IMG/VR virus record: IMGVR_UViG_3300014208_000023
Coordinates: 160,001 to 224,000 of that record
Source: a virus
Lineage: Duplodnaviria; Caudoviricetes
Direction: 5' to 3' (one strand)
Length of the DNA stretch: 64,000 nucleotides
Within the stretch, counting starts at the first letter, position 1, and each line of letters opens with the position of its first letter. The notes beneath the pieces are model-generated. The model was not told where the DNA came from and did no database searches. It saw only the letters and a program-made list of their open reading frames with translations. Made by a program: the position numbers and the translations under genes. Below are positions 27,294-37,143 of this stretch, piece after piece.

Positions 27294-28070
27294 CTACAAA
27301 AATAATCTTACGTCAAAAGAACTAAACCAATTTGCTCCAGAAGCACTTGATGGTTTAATATAAGATATTATTTTAATTGGTCCTTTTAGAATAATCGGCG
27401 CCACGATAGGTCTAATTATTGATCCGCTAGTAGTAATAAATATATTTTCAGTTATCTGAATTTCAGGTTGATTTGGTAATTTGCTTTTTAATAAAAAATA
27501 TCCACTTAGATTGGTGTCCGATCCACAAGTTACCGCTAAAATATTAATTTTTTGTCCACCACCAACATAATAGTGTCCCCAAAAAGTTTGAGTATCGGCG
27601 ACAGCAATTGTCCCTATAGTTCCACCATCACCAGAATTATTTACGAATAATGAAATAATTCCAGCATTAGTATTTCCAGAATCAGCCGACACTACTTTAA
27701 TATTTTGAATATAACAAATATCGTTATTTTGTGTTGGAACGAAAGTAGTTCCATTAAGAAGAACTATTTCTTCTCGTGGTCCCTCGAAAAATTGCGTAAA
27801 ATAAGTAATTTTAATTGATTGGGCCCCAGTTCCTCCCTGAACATCATTAACGTTGTTAGATGCTACTGATCTTTGAGCATTAGAAGATTGTTCAGTATAT
27901 GTGGTGCCCAATACTTTAGCCAAACTAACGCTTGAAGTAGATATTTTTCCTATTACAATTTCGCCAACAACCTCTGGATCTGTTGATATTACTTTTAAGG
28001 CATTATCTTTTGTTACTTGAGCTTTAAATCCATTACCCGAACCATCTACTATTAAAGATGATATTGACAT
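27294..28070 (-). CDS. Beta-rich virion-type protein
   Basis: N-terminus IVDGSGNGFKAQVTKDN is shared with the adjacent gene. Confidence 0.5.
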   Translation of the reverse strand: MSISSLIVDGSGNGFKAQVTKDNALKVISTDPEVVGEIVIGKISTSSVSLAKVLGTTYTEQSSNAQRSVASNNVNDVQGGTGAQSIKITYFTQFFEGPREEIVLLNGTTFVPTQNNDICYIQNIKVVSADSGNTNAGIISLFVNNSGDGGTIGTIAVADTQTFWGHYYVGGGQKINILAVTCGSDTNLSGYFLLKSKLPNQPEIQITENIFITTSGSIIRPIVAPIILKGPIKIISYIKPSSASGANWFSSFDVRLFL

Positions 28071-28071
28071 A

Positions 28072-28662
28072 TTAGATCTCGTTTACATCTAAAAACTGTA
28101 TAACATATGCTACGCCAACTTTTATACTGGTATTTCCTGTAGGTGGTTGTACTGTAGTAGTAAGATTTGCTCCAACTGGAAGTATAACTCCTGGAGAAAC
28201 TAAATCAGTTCTTGGCGTAGAATAAATTCTAGACAATCCAAGCGTACCGCCAGTTATTGTCTTACCTTCCCCACCAACAAATGCAGATATTTGAGCCGGA
28301 ACAGTGCTTCCCAAATTTCTATTGGAGACTGATGGGGCTGATCCTGCAGAAATAATTGTTCCACCAATTGAGTTGATATAACTTTTAACAATTATATCTC
28401 CAACAACGTTGCTATTACCAAATGAATATAATATTGTTGATAATTGCAAAAGCAGAGTATTATGAGTATTTTTTACATAAATAACTGCTGATTCTCCGGC
28501 TGTAGTTAGCGTCACAACGCCCGTATCTACGTAATAACCATTAAATCCAATTGAGCCGGCCTCTAATCCAGTATAAGATACTGCTGCGGCCTTAATTCTA
28601 TTGTTGGAAGTGACTCCAGTTAATTTTCCAGACCCAGTACCATCACTTATTACTATTGACAT
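28072..28662 (-). CDS. Beta-rich virion-type protein
   Basis: N-terminus ISDGTGSGKLTGVTSNN. Confidence 0.5.
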   Translation of the reverse strand: MSIVISDGTGSGKLTGVTSNNRIKAAAVSYTGLEAGSIGFNGYYVDTGVVTLTTAGESAVIYVKNTHNTLLLQLSTILYSFGNSNVVGDIIVKSYINSIGGTIISAGSAPSVSNRNLGSTVPAQISAFVGGEGKTITGGTLGLSRIYSTPRTDLVSPGVILPVGANLTTTVQPPTGNTSIKVGVAYVIQFLDVNEI

Positions 28663-28681
28663 TTAAACCCCCCGGTCAATG

Positions 28682-28930
28682 TTATGAGTTACAAATATTG
28701 GATAAATAAAAATTCATTTTTTTAAGCTCTGCCAATATTTCTTTCAATGTATCACTTGAAAATTGATCTGACACAACCAATGCAGGAGCTCCGTCTTTGT
28801 TAACAAACAAGGACGTTACTTTATTTTCTTTACTTATTCCAGAAATTAATACTGGATTTGAGGTTGCACCTGATCCTTCGGGAGTCTGTCCTTGTATGTC
28901 TATATTTTTTGGTGTAGCAAACCCACTCAT
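28682..28930 (-). CDS. Hypothetical protein
   Basis: 82 aa with GGAG SD. Confidence 0.5.
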   Translation of the reverse strand: MSGFATPKNIDIQGQTPEGSGATSNPVLISGISKENKVTSLFVNKDGAPALVVSDQFSSDTLKEILAELKKMNFYLSNICNS

Positions 28931-28972
28931 AGAATCTCCAAATTATTACTTTTGGAATACTATATTATGCAG

Positions 28973-29836
28973 TTATTCTACAATATATTTTCGTTTGGCA
29001 GTATGATAGCCAATATTAATCATATCTCTTATGTGTCCAGGATCGAACTTAAGAATGTGTTCGGTAAGGTTATTGTCTGGCCTAATAATCTGAATTTTTA
29101 TCTCTTTCTTGTCAGTTAATCCGGCCCTAGCTAATTTATTGTAAATTAAGACCTTTTCAAGATCATTAGATAGAATTTTATCTGTAGTAAGGTCAAGCGC
29201 CCTAAATACTACGTCTATTGATGTTGGGTTCTCATAAAATCGTTTAACTCTTAACTCTGGAGATGTAAATACTAAAGTAATCTCCTCTGCACCCATCTGT
29301 ATGGCTTGCTCTAATGGAGAGCACTGTTTAATTCCGGCATCAATAAAATAATGGTTATCTATTTTAACTGGAGTAAAGGCTCCTGGAAAAGTGGCCGAGG
29401 CCGCAATTGCTTTGAGAAAATTGGGGTGTGATGGATGAAAGCACATATATTTGCCAGAATCCACACTAACCGCGCCAGCTATGGTTACCTTGCCAGAAGA
29501 CCGTATCTTCTTAAGAGAAATTGTTTTCTCAATAAGCTTCTGCATTGGCCTGGAATTAAATATTGATGATTTCCATATGCCAGCTAGTCGCCCAAATAGA
29601 AACCAGTTAGTATAGATTTGATCGGCAGTTAAATTGCTCCAAAACCCCTCTAATTGGTCTGCGGCATCCTTTTCACTGCCAGTTTTGAACTGCGATAGAA
29701 AAGCCGCATTTATAGTTCCAGCTGATGAGCCTATATAAGCATCATATTGTAATTTAAGGTCTCCGAGTAAATACTTGATAGCGCCAACCTGAAATGAGCA
29801 CTTTTCTGCGCCCCCAGCCATTACCAAAGCTCTCAT
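28973..29836 (-). CDS. Patatin-like phospholipase/esterase
   Basis: GGAEK oxyanion block, GSSAG nucleophile elbow, AIAASATFPGAF, DAG (DGG variant). Confidence 0.85.
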   Translation of the reverse strand: MRALVMAGGAEKCSFQVGAIKYLLGDLKLQYDAYIGSSAGTINAAFLSQFKTGSEKDAADQLEGFWSNLTADQIYTNWFLFGRLAGIWKSSIFNSRPMQKLIEKTISLKKIRSSGKVTIAGAVSVDSGKYMCFHPSHPNFLKAIAASATFPGAFTPVKIDNHYFIDAGIKQCSPLEQAIQMGAEEITLVFTSPELRVKRFYENPTSIDVVFRALDLTTDKILSNDLEKVLIYNKLARAGLTDKKEIKIQIIRPDNNLTEHILKFDPGHIRDMINIGYHTAKRKYIVE

Positions 29837-29860
29837 ATATATTCCTAATTAAATACGAAT

Positions 29861-30748
29861 TTATTGTTCTTCGTAAGTGCTCAAAATTTTAGTTATTTTA
29901 ATAGTCAAATCAACATAAAATGTATCTATTGATTTTGAATCGATCATTTTTAAGAAATTTTCAATAGCTATCGTTAGTGGCTGCTTTGAATAATCAAAAT
30001 CAATTTTAGTATCCCCAATAAATAATTTGCATGACGATAGATCATCATAAACTATATTACTTATTTTACCATTATCTTCATACCATACCGAAAAATATCT
30101 AGATTTATTAACGGCTCCATTACCAACAAATGAGCTAGTTTTTATCTGGCCAAAATCAAGATCAATACAATATGTTTGTCCAGATTTAGTCTCAATATGA
30201 TTTGTAATACAGATACTATCCGGATCTTTATCTATTAAAGATAAAATCATACTTAAATCATGTGGCCCATAATCCCATAGTGATGAAAATTCTTCTTTAG
30301 TTTTACTTGGGCCATATCCAGAACTAACAATACGAAGTATTTTTTTATTATCAACAATTTCTTTAAGCTTTTGAAAAGCTGGAGAAAACAAGTGGATATA
30401 ATCAACAAGTAATTTTTTATTTTTAGATCGTGAAGTAAGACTCTCTATTTGATCATTATCAATAAGAAGCGGTTTCTCTGCTAGAACTGGAATATCATAA
30501 TAAAGATAATCGATTGCAATAGTTCCAGTAAATATTGAGGCAACTATAATTCCATCCAAATTCTCTTTCTCTCTATGAAAATCCTGCCAATCAGTATATA
30601 GTTTACAAGTATCAGGAATAAAGCCTGGTCTTTCATTTTTTCTTCTGGCCATCGCCACTAGTTCGATATTAGGCATTGCAGCTATTGTTTTACAATAATT
30701 CTCGGCCCAACGACCGGCGCCCACTATTCCTAAATGATAAATTTTCAT
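29861..30748 (-). CDS. Gfo/Idh/MocA-family oxidoreductase (putative NDP-sugar ketoreductase)
   Basis: GIVGAGRWA Rossmann motif, VLAEKP, WDYGPHDLS. Confidence 0.8.
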   Translation of the reverse strand: MKIYHLGIVGAGRWAENYCKTIAAMPNIELVAMARRKNERPGFIPDTCKLYTDWQDFHREKENLDGIIVASIFTGTIAIDYLYYDIPVLAEKPLLIDNDQIESLTSRSKNKKLLVDYIHLFSPAFQKLKEIVDNKKILRIVSSGYGPSKTKEEFSSLWDYGPHDLSMILSLIDKDPDSICITNHIETKSGQTYCIDLDFGQIKTSSFVGNGAVNKSRYFSVWYEDNGKISNIVYDDLSSCKLFIGDTKIDFDYSKQPLTIAIENFLKMIDSKSIDTFYVDLTIKITKILSTYEEQ

Positions 30749-31365
30749 TTTTTTCCTTTTCGAACTTTACGCATTTTCTTTGCTTCGTTATAATCACTCT
30801 CCCATATAGAAATAACCTTATAGCCAGCTTTTACTATAAGAGCCTCTCTCTTTAGTGTATCTTGATATAACTTACCAAAAGTCTTCTTAGCAATCGGATT
30901 ACGATCGCTAGGATTATAGATTTTAGGGTTACCGTGCCAGAAGTCGCCCAGATACTCATACACGATCTTGTTTTTACGATCAATACCATCAGGCCGAATA
31001 GACTTATTGCCAATGACGAGGATATTATTGCGCTCTTTCACGCCCAGCTCATCCAGCCACTCTGTTTCACCCTTCGATATGCTGCCAGAACATTTCGGAC
31101 AACCCATTTTATGTAGAATATGGACAGCTGGGCTTATTTCAAATATACCATGTTTCCTGCACCCGATTGCGCCGGGGGTTAGGAAATCAACGAATACGAA
31201 TCTATCATAATTGTATTTGTTACGATGAAGCTTTTTTGCCTTTAGGATAAAATTCGCACGGACCGCATCCGTCTCTTGTTTGTTCTTGTACCCAATGCAC
31301 CATGGACACTCATTACTTAAGTAGTTTGAGGCATATCTCCCGTGTTTAGAGCATATAAATGCCAT
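30745..31365 (-). mobile_element. Free-standing homing endonuclease-like gene (Zn-finger repeats + Vsr/EDxHD-like nuclease)
   Basis: CSKHG..CPWC, CRKHG..F...H..GCPKC, SKGETEW, RPDG...YEYLGDFWHG...VISIWESD. Confidence 0.7.
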
Positions 31366-31376
31366 ACTATATGCGA

Positions 31377-32327
31377 TTATACGTAAAAGTTAGGGTTAGC
31401 CGCGTACCAGCTAATTGTCTTTCTAATTCCGTCATTGAAAGATACTTTTGGTATCCATCCGAGCTTTTTGATCTTTGAACAATCAACCGAATATCTAAAG
31501 TCATGGCCTTTACGATCTTCGACATGCTTAATCATGGCAATAGTTTCCATTAATCGACTAATCTCATCGACCATCTCAATGTTTGTTTTTTCTATGCCAG
31601 AACCTATATTGTAGGTCTCTCCGAGAACTCCTTTTTCAAGAACAGTCATGACGGCCGCATTATGATCTTCCACGAAGATCCATTCACGGAGATTTGCTCC
31701 AGAGCCATGAATAGGTATTTCGCGATTATTCATTAGTGAATCAATAACTACCGGTATTAGATTTCTTACCGGTTGGCGGCCGCCGTAATTATTACAGCAG
31801 CGCGTAATCATCGCTGGCAACTTATGAGTTTCAATCGCGGCCTTCACGAGTAGTTCAGCGGAAGCCTTCGTGGCAGAGTATGGGTTTCTTGGAGCCATAC
31901 AGTCTTCTTCGGTCCAGGGAATCTCATCTATTGATTTAAGTTGTCCATATACTTCGTCTGTAGAAATTTGGATAAATTTCTCTACGCCATATTTGACTGA
32001 TAGGTCCACCATAACTTGTGTTCCAAGTATATTAGAATGAACAAATGGAATGGCTGATGCTATTGAATGATCAACAAATGATTCAGCGGCTCCATTAATA
32101 ACATATTCAGGGCGTTCTATTCTAAAAACATTCTCCATAAATTGCTTATCAGCAATATCTCCCATATAAAAATTGGGATGTAAATCTCTATTAAGATTTT
32201 TTAAATTATATGGTTGAACAATTTTATCTACTCCAACAATATGATATGGCCACTTCTCTATATATGCTTTACGAACAAAATTAGAGAAAATAAATCCCGC
32301 CGTACCAGTCACTAGAATAGTCTTCAT
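31377..32327 (-). CDS. rmlB: dTDP-glucose 4,6-dehydratase
   Basis: AAESFVDHSI, ISTDEVYG, PRNPYSATKAS, RCCNNYG, REWIFVEDH, DRKGHDFRYSVD. Confidence 0.88.
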   Translation of the reverse strand: MKTILVTGTAGFIFSNFVRKAYIEKWPYHIVGVDKIVQPYNLKNLNRDLHPNFYMGDIADKQFMENVFRIERPEYVINGAAESFVDHSIASAIPFVHSNILGTQVMVDLSVKYGVEKFIQISTDEVYGQLKSIDEIPWTEEDCMAPRNPYSATKASAELLVKAAIETHKLPAMITRCCNNYGGRQPVRNLIPVVIDSLMNNREIPIHGSGANLREWIFVEDHNAAVMTVLEKGVLGETYNIGSGIEKTNIEMVDEISRLMETIAMIKHVEDRKGHDFRYSVDCSKIKKLGWIPKVSFNDGIRKTISWYAANPNFYV

Positions 32328-33514
32328 TCAATAATCCTTAATTCTGGAAGTGGAATAATGAACTTACCTTTATATCCAGATTTTCTACATTTATCCATAA
32401 TTGAATCCGCAAAATTCCAGGCAAGTACTAATAAAACATCTGGATTCTTTTCTTGAATGGCAGATGATGGCATTACCGGTATGTGCTTGCCAGGAGTAAA
32501 TGTTCCTTGTTTTAAAGGAGCGTCATCTACAGCAAAATCAATTATAGACTCATCTACATCTAAAGCATACATTAAAGTAGTCGCCTTTGCTGGAGTTCCA
32601 TAAATAGCAATTGACTTACCGGCGGCTTTATATTCTTTAAGAATTTTATTTAGATCCTTGCCTAATTTTTTGATATTTATTTTTAATTGTTCAATAAGCT
32701 CTTTGGGATTAATTTCATCTGAAACAAATACATTTGTTATGTTTGTTTTATTTTTTACATATACCCTAATTGATCCTCCGTGATTATCAATGTGTTTAAC
32801 ATTAACTATTTTTAGATCTAATTTTTCAAAAAATGATATGAGAGGATTAATAGTATGATATGATGAGTGTTCGTGATATACAGTATCAATTAAAGTGTTA
32901 TTGCAAACATCTATAAAATATGAGACTTCAAATATAAATACTCCATTATATGCTAGTATTTTTTTAATACCTTTAACGAATCCAATCATATCTGGAACAT
33001 GAGCCCAAACATTATTAGCCGTTATTAATTCAAATTGTCCATATTGTTTTAATATAGTATCGGCATATTCTTCAGTAAAAAATTCCGCTATAGTTTCAAT
33101 GCCTTCTTTATTGGCCTGATCTGCAATATTACGAGCAGGATCTATTCCAAGAACCTTCATGCCTAATTTTTGAAATTCTTTAAGCAGTGTTCCGTCATTA
33201 GATGCAATATCTAATACTTGCATTCCAGGATCAAGCTTGCACTGATCAATTAAATCAATTGCATATTGTCTAAAATGCTCAACATTAACTTTAGACGTAC
33301 CAGATACAAATAAATAATGACGGAATAATCTTTCAGGATCAACCGTTTCATTTAATTGATAATGCCCACACTGCTCACAACAACATACTTGAAGTGGAAA
33401 TTTATCCTGTTCTTCTTTAGTTTTTAAGAATTCATTAGCTAATGGGGTATCTGGAAATTTTAATACGGGCTCACCTAATGGGTATAAACATAGGCGACAA
33501 TTTTCTTGTTTCAT
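32324..33514 (-). CDS. NDP-sugar C-methyltransferase (TylCIII/EryBIII/TcaB9-like)
   Basis: N-terminal Zn site CRLC...C..C, LDIASNDGTLL, YHEHSSY, YGTPAKATT, VDDAPLKQG..TPG, LAWNFAD. Confidence 0.85.
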   Translation of the reverse strand: MKQENCRLCLYPLGEPVLKFPDTPLANEFLKTKEEQDKFPLQVCCCEQCGHYQLNETVDPERLFRHYLFVSGTSKVNVEHFRQYAIDLIDQCKLDPGMQVLDIASNDGTLLKEFQKLGMKVLGIDPARNIADQANKEGIETIAEFFTEEYADTILKQYGQFELITANNVWAHVPDMIGFVKGIKKILAYNGVFIFEVSYFIDVCNNTLIDTVYHEHSSYHTINPLISFFEKLDLKIVNVKHIDNHGGSIRVYVKNKTNITNVFVSDEINPKELIEQLKINIKKLGKDLNKILKEYKAAGKSIAIYGTPAKATTLMYALDVDESIIDFAVDDAPLKQGTFTPGKHIPVMPSSAIQEKNPDVLLVLAWNFADSIMDKCRKSGYKGKFIIPLPELRIIE

Positions 33515-33939
33515 TAGTAATCCTCACGAATAACATCTGCCTCATGACTTGCATGATCTCTATTTCGTTTAGAAAATGATAATAATACTGTATCTTCAAG
33601 AAAAACAGTTTTGTGAATTACATTAGGCGGAGTAAATACCATTTGTCCAGCTTTAACTATGAGCGGCTTTGCATTAGGATTGGTAGACAGTCCAACATTT
33701 CTTTCATAGTATTCCATGCTACCAGACATCACATAAAGATAATGAAAATCAGTTTTATGCCAATGATTAGATCTTACGCTACCGGCTTTACTTGTAATTA
33801 TTGATGCACATTGCACTGGCGTATTTAATAGATTTTGAATTCCGCCCCTATCATCTAGAAAAGGAGGGTCGAGTGGAACTATGGGATCTTCTGGATATTC
33901 TTCTTCATTAACAGCATCTGTATAATCTTTATTCTTCAT
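33514..33939 (-). CDS. Cupin-fold protein (sugar ketoisomerase/epimerase-like)
   Basis: DDRGGI, RSNHWHKTDFHYLYVMSG, TPPNVIHKT. Confidence 0.7.
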   Translation of the reverse strand: MKNKDYTDAVNEEEYPEDPIVPLDPPFLDDRGGIQNLLNTPVQCASIITSKAGSVRSNHWHKTDFHYLYVMSGSMEYYERNVGLSTNPNAKPLIVKAGQMVFTPPNVIHKTVFLEDTVLLSFSKRNRDHASHEADVIREDY

Positions 33940-35060
33940 TTTTTCTTATCCTTTATTATATCCTCTATTTTAATTGCAATTTTGGACCAGGTGTAATTAG
34001 AAGCAAATGCGGTACACTTTTCTATAATACTGTCCGCAAAAGCTTTATTTGTTAGTCCTTTAATGACAGCATTAGTAAAAGCTGGCAAATTATCTCTAAT
34101 AGGGCTCTTAATTATTACTGCTCCCGAATCATTATAAATAGAGCCTAAACAATCTATATCTGTCATAACCGGCACAGTATATCCTGCGTGATTTTCCATA
34201 GTAGATACTGAAAACCCCTCAGTAAAAGCAACGGTATCTGCCGAAAAGGCAAATACGGAAGCTTCGCTTATTTCTTTTGCCATCGTTTCTCTGCTAACAG
34301 ATCCTATTTGTTCTACGTCTAAATGTTTTAACTTTTTAACACTTTCTTTTATATACCTAAGTCTTTGTCCCATTTCCACTACATGCGGATGATGGCTTGA
34401 ATCATTTGGTTCTATGTTAAGAATATCTCCATAATCAAAATGATAAAATATTTTCAAGCTAGCTTCTGGAACTGCTTCTTTAATTTTAGACCATTGACTT
34501 AGTAACCAATGTAATCCTCTATCACAACTACTTGTCCAAATTACTCTTCCAGGCACTCTTTTATCTTGATACCAAGACGGATCGCATCCAAGCGGAACAA
34601 CTGACCATTTCTCTGGAGTTTTTACTGATTTTTTTATATATTCCATATGCATGTCACATGGACTTAAAAAGACATCAACAAAATCATCATAATCAGCTTG
34701 GCAATATGAAAAATCATTTAAAAATTGCCAACAAATACGTGTTCCAGTAGTATTAACCCCTCGAAATGCATCTGGTTCGTTTATAGATATGACTGCATCA
34801 AAACTATCATCAATAACGGTATGGCGATCTATAAAATTGTATAATTTTACACTCTCCCAAGTATCTGGTTTATTATTTGGTTCGGCATGAACTGTAAATA
34901 AAGAAACATCATGCCCAAGCTTAGCCAGCTCTTTACTAATCATTACTGTTGATAAATCGGTTCCTGTTAAGCCTCTTAAACAGGTCCAAATATTATCATA
35001 CCAAAAATCTAATGGACGCTTTCCAATAGAAAAAGAGCCTAAAAATACTGCAATTTTCAT
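33936..35060 (-). CDS. Glycosyltransferase (GT-B, GT4-like)
   Basis: GTDLSTVMISKELAKLGHDV, WTSSCDRGL, EGFSVSTMENHA. Confidence 0.8.
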   Translation of the reverse strand: MKIAVFLGSFSIGKRPLDFWYDNIWTCLRGLTGTDLSTVMISKELAKLGHDVSLFTVHAEPNNKPDTWESVKLYNFIDRHTVIDDSFDAVISINEPDAFRGVNTTGTRICWQFLNDFSYCQADYDDFVDVFLSPCDMHMEYIKKSVKTPEKWSVVPLGCDPSWYQDKRVPGRVIWTSSCDRGLHWLLSQWSKIKEAVPEASLKIFYHFDYGDILNIEPNDSSHHPHVVEMGQRLRYIKESVKKLKHLDVEQIGSVSRETMAKEISEASVFAFSADTVAFTEGFSVSTMENHAGYTVPVMTDIDCLGSIYNDSGAVIIKSPIRDNLPAFTNAVIKGLTNKAFADSIIEKCTAFASNYTWSKIAIKIEDIIKDKKK

Positions 35061-36304
35061 TGTGTTTTCACTATAAAATTAACCAATTGTGTAAAATACT
35101 CCATACTTTTAGATATATCAATTGTTTCTTTTGCCTTAATATTAAGTAGTGGCATTGAATGAACAACAATGTCGCATTCAAGATCTGAGAATTTATCGCG
35201 ATGACATAAATTAACTCCGTGCTCAATCCTTTCTAATTCGCAAGAGTCTAATGAATAAATAGTAACTGAATGACCTTTATTTGCTAAAATCATAGCTTCA
35301 TCATGAGCTTCATCAAAAACAATATTTAAGGGTTTATTTATTTTTTTACCATGTGTTGCTTTAATGAAAATATTTCCTTGATTTTCAACGTCTCTTGTTC
35401 CAAGACATAAAGCAACATAACACTCTTCAATATGAAATCCCGCTTCACGAAAATCTGCTGCTACGCTCCATATAGATGGAGCAATTAGATGAAAACGCGG
35501 ATTAGGGTGTAACCATGATGTTCCATTTAATCGTTTATATAGCCATGGATGAGCCCATTCAATATAATTCCCTCGCATCCATGCTCCATATGGTGTGCAA
35601 AGCAAAAATTTTCCATTTTCATTCATTAAATTTTTTGCCGGAATTAGCATATCATTTACTCGATCCATGATATGTTCATATGTATCTGTGCTGGTAATAT
35701 AATCAAATTTTTGATTCAAATTAAGATTGCTTATGTCTTTAAAATATGAAACAAAAAATTTTGCTCCAGTATTAAATTCTTTTGCTTTTCTATTTGCCAA
35801 TGCAACAGAAGTTGTGGATAAATCTATTCCAACAGCTTGATATCCCATTAAAGCATATCTATTTGTAAAACCTCCATCCATCGACCCAAGATCAAGAATT
35901 GATGAGGGAGTTTTTGAGAGATTTTCAACGATTAGATTGAAGCGATTTGCTTCTTGTGATCCCTCTGATAAATTTCGTGGAAGTGGAGTTCCAGCCTCAC
36001 TCTCAGTATTCTCCGGACTGTTGTTTAGAATAGCCGTTTCATTATCATAAATCCATGCAATTGATTGTTTTGTCAAAAACAAAGCCTTTTTTGTTGCGGC
36101 AGAATCTCTAACTCTATATGGTGCATTTTCTAAAAAAATGATCGCGGATTGAACTTCATCATGAAGCATATATTGTTTCCAAATAGCAATAACTACAGAT
36201 TGTAATTGTTCTGTAGTAATATCTAGTGGAAAATCACTAAAATCATATTCGCTTGGAATTGACCAATCATTGGCTCTGTTCGATAATTTTACTTTTGGAA
36301 ACAT
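35057..36304 (-). CDS. Class I SAM-dependent methyltransferase with GT-derived flanking segments
   Basis: ILDLGSMDG, VGIDLS, FDYITSTDTYEHI, LLCTP. Confidence 0.8.
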   Translation of the reverse strand: MFPKVKLSNRANDWSIPSEYDFSDFPLDITTEQLQSVVIAIWKQYMLHDEVQSAIIFLENAPYRVRDSAATKKALFLTKQSIAWIYDNETAILNNSPENTESEAGTPLPRNLSEGSQEANRFNLIVENLSKTPSSILDLGSMDGGFTNRYALMGYQAVGIDLSTTSVALANRKAKEFNTGAKFFVSYFKDISNLNLNQKFDYITSTDTYEHIMDRVNDMLIPAKNLMNENGKFLLCTPYGAWMRGNYIEWAHPWLYKRLNGTSWLHPNPRFHLIAPSIWSVAADFREAGFHIEECYVALCLGTRDVENQGNIFIKATHGKKINKPLNIVFDEAHDEAMILANKGHSVTIYSLDSCELERIEHGVNLCHRDKFSDLECDIVVHSMPLLNIKAKETIDISKSMEYFTQLVNFIVKTQ

Positions 36305-36327
36305 AAATGCGCCTTTCTCTAATTCTA

Positions 36328-37143
36328 TTATTTAATAGCTTCAACAACAAAGCTATGCGTCAATCCGAAGTCTACTACTTGTTTTGACATTATATCATCT
36401 TTGCTTTTACCAGTTTCATAATAAAACTCTACATCTTTAAACCCTGCGGCAGATAATACCGCAGTCATTGATTTTTTAGTGAAAAGAAACATATGTCCAT
36501 CATAATTAGTCCAAGTGCATCCTTTGCCACAAGCGCCATACATTATCATAGCTAATTGTGAGCCTGGATCTGCATTCCTATAAAATTCAGGCTGCTCGAT
36601 AGCAAATTTATCCATATCATCATTCAAATAAGCTTTAATGAGTAAATCAAGATCAGGAGTAGTCATCCTAATAACTCCTCCAGGTTTTAACATTCTATGG
36701 CAGTCTTTTAATAATTTTGGAACTTCATGAATTGGATTAAGATGCTCAATAACTTGTCCTATATAAATTGATTCTATGCTATTATCTGCATGATGAGAAA
36801 ATCCATTTCTAATATCATGCACTCTAAAATCTACCATTCCTTTGCTGCGAATGAAAGTAGATAATACTTGTTGGTGCTCAGGCATCTCATGTAAAACATA
36901 AAATAATGTTTTAGCTTCATCCTGCCAGTCTAGATATTTAAGGTAATTCGATATATCTTCACGATCATAATTAATCCAACCTTCAAATGGAAATACATTT
37001 GGTCCAGAACCTATATTAAGTCTTGGTAAATATGTTTTTTTATCTTCTACCGGGATATAACATTCTGATTCTACTGAAGCAATAAAACTTGGTGATGCTA
37101 TTGCCGTACTATTTAGTAATTTTTTAAAATCGTCGTCATTCAT
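36328..37143 (-). CDS. Class I SAM-dependent methyltransferase (type 11-like)
   Basis: LNIGSG, DIRNG, QVIEHL, CHRMLKPGGVIRMTTPDL. Confidence 0.85.
   Translation of the reverse strand: MNDDDFKKLLNSTAIASPSFIASVESECYIPVEDKKTYLPRLNIGSGPNVFPFEGWINYDREDISNYLKYLDWQDEAKTLFYVLHEMPEHQQVLSTFIRSKGMVDFRVHDIRNGFSHHADNSIESIYIGQVIEHLNPIHEVPKLLKDCHRMLKPGGVIRMTTPDLDLLIKAYLNDDMDKFAIEQPEFYRNADPGSQLAMIMYGACGKGCTWTNYDGHMFLFTKKSMTAVLSAAGFKDVEFYYETGKSKDDIMSKQVVDFGLTHSFVVEAIK

Noticed and set aside
30745-33945. A-runs before stops at 30745 and 33936 as further -1 frameshifts
   Set aside because: The downstream genes begin at an ATG overlapping the stop (ATGA), which ordinary translational coupling explains; there is no start-less linker.
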